A model generated the notes under the pieces. That model saw nothing but the letters and a program-made list of their open reading frames with translations, was not told the origin of the DNA and did no database searches. A stretch of DNA of 64,000 nt from Candidatus Omnitrophota bacterium (GTDB lineage Bacteria; Omnitrophota; Gorgyraeia; Tantalellales; Tantalellaceae): assembly GCA_014728075.1 (NCBI GenBank), contig WJMG01000091.1:13181-77180 (forward strand), in the 5' to 3' direction. The first letter of the stretch is position 1. Every line of letters begins with the position of its first letter. Shown one piece after another: positions 16,537 through 23,586 of the stretch. Both the position numbers and the translations under genes were made by a program.

Positions 16537-18692
16537 ATTTTCTAGCCTTTACTGGATTAATTAACTTTATTACCTGTATCGCTTTAGGTCTTTTTGTTCT
16601 TTTGAAAGGATTTAAGTCTCGCCAAAATATCACATACTTTTTTTTAAATGTAAGTGTTGCTGTTTTTAGCTTGGGGTATTTTCTCTGGCAAATAACATCC
16701 GATCTTTCAGCTGTTCAATGGTTTAAGTTATTAGTGGTAGGTATTATTTTAATTAATCAAGCATATCTTATTTTTGTGTTTACTTTTTTAAATATAATTA
16801 AACGCCATAAAGTACCATTGACCATATGTTTTGCATTGAACTTATTTTATATCTTTGCAAATTACAAAGGATGGTTGTACCAAGATTTTCTAAATAAATT
16901 CGAATTAGGTATTTGGCCGATTCCAACAAATTTATTTGTGTCATATCTTATTTTTTGGGTTGTTCAATGTGTTTATGGGTTTATTTATTTATTTATTAAT
17001 GCAAATAAAGGCTCAACGAGAAGAAGATTGCAAATAAGGTATTTCACAATAGCGGCAGTTGTTGGATTTCTGGGAGGCGCGACTAATTGGCCTATTTGGT
17101 TCAATATATATTTTCCTCCGTACGGTAATATCTTAATAAGTTTATATATCGCAATTGTTGCTTATGCAATTGTTAGGCATCAATTGATGGATATTAGCGT
17201 AATTGTAAAGAAAACGATAGTTTTTGCCGGTTTGTTTATAGCTTCGTACGCGGTTTTTGCAAGTTTTGCTTATATCGGTCTAGGCGTTATAGAAAACTTT
17301 ACTAAAAATAGATGGATAGCAATGCTGCCTTCGGTATTTGTTGTAGTTGTTATGTTGCGGCCGTTAGAGAGTTTTTTGAGGAATGTTACCGATAAATTCC
17401 TCTTTCAAAAAAAATACGATTATAAGACATTGCTCAAGACCTTTGCCGACGATGTCCTGATGGTCCTTGACATGAACGAACTTGTCAACCTTACCGTTAA
17501 TAAATTAACCGAGATCGTAAAGCTGGAGAACGCCACGATCTTGCTGAGCTCGGGGGAAGACGGCGATTTTAGCATAGTGGCCAGTTCCGGAATGGAGGAC
17601 CCCGAATATGAAATAACTTCAGGTTCCGGGATAAGCGATCTGCTTATGACAAAACCCGATTATCTTCTTTTTGAGGACTCCTCCGATACCGATAACTATG
17701 ACAATGAAGTCAGGCGTGCTATGAAAGACCTTCAGGCCCGGCTTCTTATCCCGCTTGTCCACAGGAACCAGGTAGTGGGGCTGCTTACCCTTGGAAAGAA
17801 GAAGTCTGATGAGGAATTCAGCCAGGACGACATCGATATCCTTCTTCCCATATCAAGGACGCTTTCCATAGCCATCGCCAACGCCAGGCTGTTCGAGCAG
17901 CTATCCGAAGCCCAGGCACAGGCGGCGCAGAGGGAGAAAATGGCCGTTATAGGCACGCTTTCGGCCGGGATCAATCACGAGATCTGCAATCCCCTGGGTA
18001 TCGCCAGGGGGCAGTGCGAGATGTTCCTTCTTAACCTTAAAGAGGGCCTTTACGACGCTAAAGACCCCGAAGAGCTTCTTTTGAAAGCCCGGGAGATAAT
18101 GGAGAAGGTCATAACCGAAACCGACCGGGCGACCGTTATTACACGCAAGCTTTCCTCCTTCGCCAAACCGGCAAAGGGGAACCTCCGGGAAGGCGTAGTC
18201 GTGGCCGAGGAACTGAGAGAGGTGATTTCGCTTCTCGAGCATGATCTCAGGCTGGATAATATAGAGATCGTAGAGGATTTCGGCGGCGATGTCCCGCCGA
18301 TAGTCGCCGACAAAAAACAGCTTCAGGAGATATTTTTCAACCTGATAAGGAACGCGGCCCAGTCGATCAAGGCGGAGGGCGCGATAATACTGCGGACCCG
18401 GTCTGACAGGGGCAGGGTTTCTGTCGAGATAGAGGATACGGGAGAGGGAATAAGTGAAAGCAACCTTAAGCGCATATTCGATCCGTTCTTCACGACAAAA
18501 GACCCGGGTAAAGGCACCGGTCTCGGGCTTTTTATCGTCAAGCAGATCGTTGAGAGGAACAACGGCCGAATATCGGTTGCCAGCGAATCCGGGAAGGGGA
18601 CCGTGTTCTCGGTCGTATTCGGTTCCGTTAAGGGCGCAGGCCTTTTTGCCGGCGGAGAGGACGGCGGGAAAAGAAAGGTAGCGGTTAAATGA
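16533..18692 (+). CDS. Sensor histidine kinase with N-terminal 7TM sensor module, GAF domain, HisKA and HATPase_c
   Basis: About 230 aa of polytopic N-terminus paralogous to the HK at 20828-22432. A GAF-like middle domain. The H-box INHEICNPLGI and the G-boxes DTGEGI...GTGLGL are present. The gene overlaps the upstream stop (ATGA). Confidence 0.85.
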   Translation: MNFLAFTGLINFITCIALGLFVLLKGFKSRQNITYFFLNVSVAVFSLGYFLWQITSDLSAVQWFKLLVVGIILINQAYLIFVFTFLNIIKRHKVPLTICFALNLFYIFANYKGWLYQDFLNKFELGIWPIPTNLFVSYLIFWVVQCVYGFIYLFINANKGSTRRRLQIRYFTIAAVVGFLGGATNWPIWFNIYFPPYGNILISLYIAIVAYAIVRHQLMDISVIVKKTIVFAGLFIASYAVFASFAYIGLGVIENFTKNRWIAMLPSVFVVVVMLRPLESFLRNVTDKFLFQKKYDYKTLLKTFADDVLMVLDMNELVNLTVNKLTEIVKLENATILLSSGEDGDFSIVASSGMEDPEYEITSGSGISDLLMTKPDYLLFEDSSDTDNYDNEVRRAMKDLQARLLIPLVHRNQVVGLLTLGKKKSDEEFSQDDIDILLPISRTLSIAIANARLFEQLSEAQAQAAQREKMAVIGTLSAGINHEICNPLGIARGQCEMFLLNLKEGLYDAKDPEELLLKAREIMEKVITETDRATVITRKLSSFAKPAKGNLREGVVVAEELREVISLLEHDLRLDNIEIVEDFGGDVPPIVADKKQLQEIFFNLIRNAAQSIKAEGAIILRTRSDRGRVSVEIEDTGEGISESNLKRIFDPFFTTKDPGKGTGLGLFIVKQIVERNNGRISVASESGKGTVFSVVFGSVKGAGLFAGGEDGGKRKVAVK

Positions 18693-19495
18693 ACATTCCG
18701 TACGGAGCCGGAGAGGGAGGCAGGAAAGCGATCCTCTCTATAGATGACGAAACCAGTTTTACGGAACTGCTCAAGGGGTATTTTGAGCTGAGAGGCTACA
18801 GGGTCGATGTCACCAACGACGGTTCCAAGGGGCTTGAGCTCGCGAAAAGGAACCGGTACGATGTTGCGCTTCTCGACCTTAAAATGGAAGGCATGGACGG
18901 GGACGAGGTCATGCGGAAGATGAGGCGGATAAATCCCCGTACAAGGACTATATTCATAACCGCTTACAACGATTCGGGCAAGACCCGGAAGAGGCTTCTT
19001 GACGAAGGGGCCTTCGCGTTTGTGGAAAAACCGATCTCTAGCCTTAAAGACCTGGAGGAAACGGTCAGGCGGGCCGTTGAACCTCCCACAAAGAAAGGGG
19101 CTGACGCTATGCTTAAGATCCTGGTCGTGGACGACGAGATAGATATCTGTGATTTCGTGAAAAATTTTTTCAAGGACAGGAATTTCGAGGTTTTCGTGGC
19201 CCACGACGGCAGGGAGGCGCTCAACCTGGTCGAGTCCAGGAGACCCGATATAGTGCTCCTGGATGTCAAGATGCCCGTCATGGACGGCATGCAGGCCCTG
19301 AGGGAGATAAAGAAAGTGAACAGGAAAAGCCGGATAATAATGATCACGGCGGTGAACGATACCGACAGGATAGAGGAAGCGAGGCGACTCGGTGTGTACG
19401 AGTACATAACCAAGCCTCTTTTGCTGGAACAGCTGGAAAGGACCGTGCTGACCGTGGCCGAAGAGATAAAAATGGAGGAGACAGAGGGTGAATAA
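18689..19495 (+). CDS. Response regulator with two tandem receiver (REC) domains and no output domain
   Basis: REC1 has ILSIDDETS...VALLDLKMEGMDG and REC2 has KILVVDDEIDI...IVLLDVKMPVMDG. The gene overlaps the HK stop (ATGA). Confidence 0.85.
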   Translation: MNIPYGAGEGGRKAILSIDDETSFTELLKGYFELRGYRVDVTNDGSKGLELAKRNRYDVALLDLKMEGMDGDEVMRKMRRINPRTRTIFITAYNDSGKTRKRLLDEGAFAFVEKPISSLKDLEETVRRAVEPPTKKGADAMLKILVVDDEIDICDFVKNFFKDRNFEVFVAHDGREALNLVESRRPDIVLLDVKMPVMDGMQALREIKKVNRKSRIIMITAVNDTDRIEEARRLGVYEYITKPLLLEQLERTVLTVAEEIKMEETEGE

Positions 19496-20837
19496 CTCTA
19501 CGAAAAACGACAATTTCGCGCAGGAGAATAACTGGCTTAAGCTGCAGGACTGGATATCGGAAAAGATAAGGAGCTGCGACGGCGGCCTTATCCCCATGGA
19601 CAGCGACCTCGGCAGCAGGAGAGAAGAACCGGAGCTTGATTACCAGTACTTTCTCGAGAACGCGTCCAGGACCATGATACGCTTCAAGAAGGTGGAGCAC
19701 CTGATAAAGATGATCGTGCGCACCATCGACGAACAGGTAAAGGTCACTCATACGGCCATGCTGGTCCTCAGCAGGGATAAAGACTGCTTTAACCTTATCG
19801 ATTCCAAAGGCGTGGAGGGGATGAAGATACCCGTGGGGTTTATCCGCCTGACCTTTACCAACCCGCTGGTGAAATTATTCAACGAGAGGCGGAATTTCAC
19901 GATCTCCGAAACCGGGGCCGTAAGCTACAAGGGTCTGCTGGATTCGCTTACGAGGAACGAAAAAGTGGCCGGTAACACCGGGCTGTCGGAGCTTGTGAAA
20001 CTTTCGATAAAGCAGATGGAGCTTCTCAAGGCCACCCTGTGCGTCCCGATATATTACAAAAAGGACCTTCTCGGTGTCTTTGTCCTGGGGAAAAAGCTTT
20101 CCAACATGAGCTTCTGCAGGCAGGAGATAAGTTTTTTCGGAACGCTCGCCAACGATGTCGCCATGGCCATTTCGAACGCCAATCTCATACAGGACCTGCA
20201 GGAGAAGATATACGAGGTCCACGAGCTTTACGAAAGGGAGCACCGTATATTCATCAATACTTCGATCTCGCTTGCGGCCGCTATAGACGCCAGGGACCCG
20301 TATACCCACGGCCATACCGAACGAGTGACCCAGTACGCGCTTTCGATATCCGAGGAGCTTGACGATCTGCCGGAAGCACAGGCTTACCTGAACTTCAGGG
20401 AAACCCTGCACATAGCGGGCCTCCTCCACGATGTGGGGAAGATAGGAGTACCGGACAGTATATTGAACAAGGAGGACCAGCTTACTTCAGAGGAGTACGA
20501 ACGGATAAAAGAACACTCGCTTACAGGCGCGGCGATACTTTATCCGATAAGCGAACTGAAAGGCGTGTGCAACGAGGTGCGGGCGCATCACGAAAGATAC
20601 GACGGGGAAGGCTATCCTGACGGGCTGAAAGCCGACGAGATACCTTTCGTCGCGCGGATAATCGCCGTCGCGGACACCTTTGACGCCGTAACCAGCGACA
20701 GGCCGTACAGGAGGAAAAAACCGGCCGAGACGGCCGTCAGGATAATAGAGGAAAATTCGGGAACTCAGTTCGACCCGGTAGTTGTAAGCGCTTTTCTGCT
20801 GGCATATAAAAAAGGCAAGTTCAAGAATTATGTCTGA
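19488..20837 (+). CDS. HD-GYP domain c-di-GMP phosphodiesterase with N-terminal GAF-like domain
   Basis: HGHTERV...HDVGKIGVP...HHERYDGEGYPDGL (HD plus GYP motifs) are present. The GTG start overlaps the upstream gene end. Confidence 0.85.
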   Translation: MNNSTKNDNFAQENNWLKLQDWISEKIRSCDGGLIPMDSDLGSRREEPELDYQYFLENASRTMIRFKKVEHLIKMIVRTIDEQVKVTHTAMLVLSRDKDCFNLIDSKGVEGMKIPVGFIRLTFTNPLVKLFNERRNFTISETGAVSYKGLLDSLTRNEKVAGNTGLSELVKLSIKQMELLKATLCVPIYYKKDLLGVFVLGKKLSNMSFCRQEISFFGTLANDVAMAISNANLIQDLQEKIYEVHELYEREHRIFINTSISLAAAIDARDPYTHGHTERVTQYALSISEELDDLPEAQAYLNFRETLHIAGLLHDVGKIGVPDSILNKEDQLTSEEYERIKEHSLTGAAILYPISELKGVCNEVRAHHERYDGEGYPDGLKADEIPFVARIIAVADTFDAVTSDRPYRRKKPAETAVRIIEENSGTQFDPVVVSAFLLAYKKGKFKNYV

Positions 20838-22432
20838 TCTCCGGCAGGCAGCTCTATCCTGAAAGAGGCGCCTTCCTTTGTGCTTGAGACTTTTACCGAG
20901 CCCTCGTGTTTCTCTATAATACCGTGCACTACGCTTAAGCCTAATCCGGAACCTTCGTCCTTCCTGGAGAAGAAGGGGTCGAATATCCTCTTCAGGTCTT
21001 CCTTTTCTATCCCCGTGCCGGTATCGGATATTTCAACGAACACTTTCGTTCCTTCTTTCCCGGTCCTTATTACGATCGAACCCGGCGGGCGGATCGCGTC
21101 TTTCGCGTTAAGGAGAAGGTTGAGGAAAGCCTGTTTCAATTGGACCGGATCGGCGTTTATGCGGGGAAGGTCGGACAGGTGCCTTTCAACAGATATGTTC
21201 TTTCTGAGAAAATCGTTGTTCAGGAACTCGCAAGTCTCGTTTATCAAAAGATTAACATCCGTTCTGCGTATATTGAGGCTCGCCGGTTTTGAGAATTCAA
21301 GCAATTGCCTGACGATGTTGTTGATCTTGTCGACTTCGGCCGGGACTATCCGGCAGAACTTCTCTAAAAAAACGGGGTCGTTGTGCCGGGCGGGCAAAAA
21401 CTCGGAAAAGGTCTTTATCGAGGTTAAGGGGTTCTTTATCTCATGCGCCATGCCGGCGGCAAGGGTGGATATGGCCTTGAGCTTTTCTGCTCGCTGGAGT
21501 TCATTTCTCAACTTTATATTTTCTTCGTCGATTTGCGAGATGGATCCATGAAAGAAATATTTGTCTAAAAGATATTGAATTTTGTTTTTTATAGGATTAA
21601 ATAAAAAAAGGAAAAAACATAAAATAAACAAAGAGAAAGAAATAGAATGATATTTATAGTAATTTCTAAATATATGTTCGAGAATAAAGATGGTCGAAAT
21701 GTATAGTGCTAAAAGAGTTGAAACGATAACGCTATATATAACAGTTTTTTTAAAAACTATATTAATGTCGAGTAATTTGTGTGCAATAATGGTATAAGCA
21801 AGTATTCCGATATAAATTGTTAAAAGTAAATTTAAGTAAGGGGGGATAGGGATTTTAAAAAAAAGAAAATAATTAGTTGAACCGCCTAGATATCCTGCTA
21901 TCAATGCAATGACAATATATTTTATTTTATTTTTATTTGCTGAAGATGCTTTACGATAACATTTTAATGGTGTCACAATTGATAACATAGCATAAGTGAA
22001 AAAATATGCTAAAAAAACATAATAAATTGGGCCTGGAATTCCCCAGTATGGAAAAATGTCTACAGAACGCACGCCTGATATGAAATATGGCGTAAAAATT
22101 AATAGTGCGATAGTTGTTCCGAATAAATATCCTATAAAAAGCAATTTATCTCGTTTAATCTTTAAGAGAGTAGACACGAAATGAAAAGTAGTAATAGGTA
22201 TAAATACAGCGCCTAAATGTAGGAATCGAAACCAGAATAAAACTTTAATAGGGATTGTTGATAAGGGCCAAAAGATATATCCAAAACTCCAAATTGCTAT
22301 GAAGACATTCATTATTGAAAAGCGAAAATTAATTCTTGAATGGGGGTTTTTAGATAATACATAGACGGCTAAGATAAGTGCACCTATGAAATTTATTGCT
22401 CCAGATAGTGAAAAAAAATGTAAATAATTCAT
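20828..22432 (-). CDS. Sensor histidine kinase (7TM sensor module, HisKA, HATPase_c)
   Basis: The N-terminal polytopic domain is paralogous to the 16533 HK (compare AHKLLDINIVFKKT with RHQLMDISVIVKKT). The H-box MAHEIKNPLTSI and the ATPase G-boxes DTGTGI...GSGLGL are present. Confidence 0.85.
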   Translation of the reverse strand: MNYLHFFSLSGAINFIGALILAVYVLSKNPHSRINFRFSIMNVFIAIWSFGYIFWPLSTIPIKVLFWFRFLHLGAVFIPITTFHFVSTLLKIKRDKLLFIGYLFGTTIALLIFTPYFISGVRSVDIFPYWGIPGPIYYVFLAYFFTYAMLSIVTPLKCYRKASSANKNKIKYIVIALIAGYLGGSTNYFLFFKIPIPPYLNLLLTIYIGILAYTIIAHKLLDINIVFKKTVIYSVIVSTLLALYISTIFILEHIFRNYYKYHSISFSLFILCFFLFLFNPIKNKIQYLLDKYFFHGSISQIDEENIKLRNELQRAEKLKAISTLAAGMAHEIKNPLTSIKTFSEFLPARHNDPVFLEKFCRIVPAEVDKINNIVRQLLEFSKPASLNIRRTDVNLLINETCEFLNNDFLRKNISVERHLSDLPRINADPVQLKQAFLNLLLNAKDAIRPPGSIVIRTGKEGTKVFVEISDTGTGIEKEDLKRIFDPFFSRKDEGSGLGLSVVHGIIEKHEGSVKVSSTKEGASFRIELPAGDQT

Positions 22433-22443
22433 ATCATGGAAGA

Positions 22444-22803
22444 TTATTTTAATAAATTTCTTGTTTTTTCAAAAACTTCTGATTTGTTGAAAGGCTTGGA
22501 AATATATTCTACAGCTCCTAATTTCATTGCTTTTGTTGCCATTTCAACACTTTGATATCCCGTGATTATTATCACTTTCAGTTCCGGGGCTATTTTCCTG
22601 ATCTCCTCTAAAGTCTCAAGCCCGTTACGGACGGGCATTTTTATATCTAGAAGCAGGCCGTCGTAAGGGGCTTCTTTGATCTTGTTTACGGCTTCCGCGC
22701 CGTTATTCGCGAAATCAAGCTCGTAATCGTTTTCAAGGATAAGGTTCAGCGACTCGCGCACACCTTCCTCGTCGTCGCATATCAGTATCCGTTTTTTCTG
22801 CAT
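22444..22803 (-). CDS. Single-domain CheY-like response regulator receiver
   Basis: 119 aa with ILICDDEEGV...LLLDIKMPVRNGLE...KPF. It lies 11 nt upstream of the - strand HK. Confidence 0.85.
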   Translation of the reverse strand: MQKKRILICDDEEGVRESLNLILENDYELDFANNGAEAVNKIKEAPYDGLLLDIKMPVRNGLETLEEIRKIAPELKVIIITGYQSVEMATKAMKLGAVEYISKPFNKSEVFEKTRNLLK

Positions 22804-22870
22804 TTTATTCTCCTCCTGTTATTGATTTTTGTATGGGCGCAGCGTAATGACCCGGGGCTGTGCTTATCAA

Positions 22871-23422
22871 CTATAAAGCCGGCGGAGATATTACGCAGAT
22901 CGCTTCGGCCTTTGACCTGCCCTTGTTGGTGAATGTATGGGGGAGCGAGGCGTCAAAATACAGGCTGTCGCCGGTCTTAAGCGAATAATCCGATTTTCCC
23001 ACTACGGCCGTCATCGCCCCCGAAAGTATGTAAATAAATTTCTCCACCCCGGTCCTGTTCTCTTCAGGCTGGGTCTTGCCCCCGGGATCGAGCCGTATGA
23101 CCAGGGGCATTATCTTTTTGTCCATGGTCTTGGTGACGAGCAGTTCATAGCGGGCCTTGGGCGAATGCACGAAATGCTCTGTTCTTCTTTTCCTGGGTAC
23201 GCTTTCAACTGTCTTTGATTCTTCCTCGATGCCGGCGTAAAGTTCGGCCAGCGATGTGTTCAGTGCTTTACAGATGTTCTGGTGGGCTTCCAGCGTTCCC
23301 GTCATCTTGTTGTTTTCCATTCTGCTGAGAGTCGCAAGCGCGACACCGCTTTTCTCCGACAGTTCGTTAAGGGTTATCCCGCGGTCTTTTCTCAACTGAC
23401 GCAACTTTTTGCCTATTTTCAT
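22871..23422 (-). CDS. XRE-family HTH plus cupin-domain transcriptional regulator
   Basis: The N-terminus has LRQLRKDRGITLNELSEKSGVALATLSRMEN (an XRE HTH). The C-terminus has a cupin fold (GDSLYFDASLPHTFTN). Confidence 0.8.
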   Translation of the reverse strand: MKIGKKLRQLRKDRGITLNELSEKSGVALATLSRMENNKMTGTLEAHQNICKALNTSLAELYAGIEEESKTVESVPRKRRTEHFVHSPKARYELLVTKTMDKKIMPLVIRLDPGGKTQPEENRTGVEKFIYILSGAMTAVVGKSDYSLKTGDSLYFDASLPHTFTNKGRSKAEAICVISPPAL

Positions 23423-23586
23423 AAGATATCCTCCCGGATGGTGTTCTGTAAAAATACCTTCAAAACAAATATACCCTTTATTTTCTAAAAAATCAAATAA
23501 TATTTAATTATTTACAAATCGACCGAAGAGCCGGCAGGTCATTATAACTTGTTACTTGAGGTGGCATATGCTAGAATTATTCAACT

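Noticed and set aside
14640-23586. The signalling island read as a prophage, ICE or transposon, given its AT-rich blocks and an excisionase-family HTH gene.
   Set aside because: No integrase, transposase, terminal inverted or direct repeats, or flanking tRNA were seen. The nearest tRNA is 8 kb away. The AT-rich blocks are bounded by protein domain junctions rather than by att-like sites. The excisionase-fold proteins occur elsewhere in non-mobile contexts.
23423-23586. A LexA/SOS box upstream of uvrA.
   Set aside because: There is no CTGT-N8-ACAG-like palindrome or other convincing inverted repeat. The CTGTAAAAATACC segment lacks the complementary half-site. A lineage-specific LexA motif cannot be excluded without a genome-wide search.
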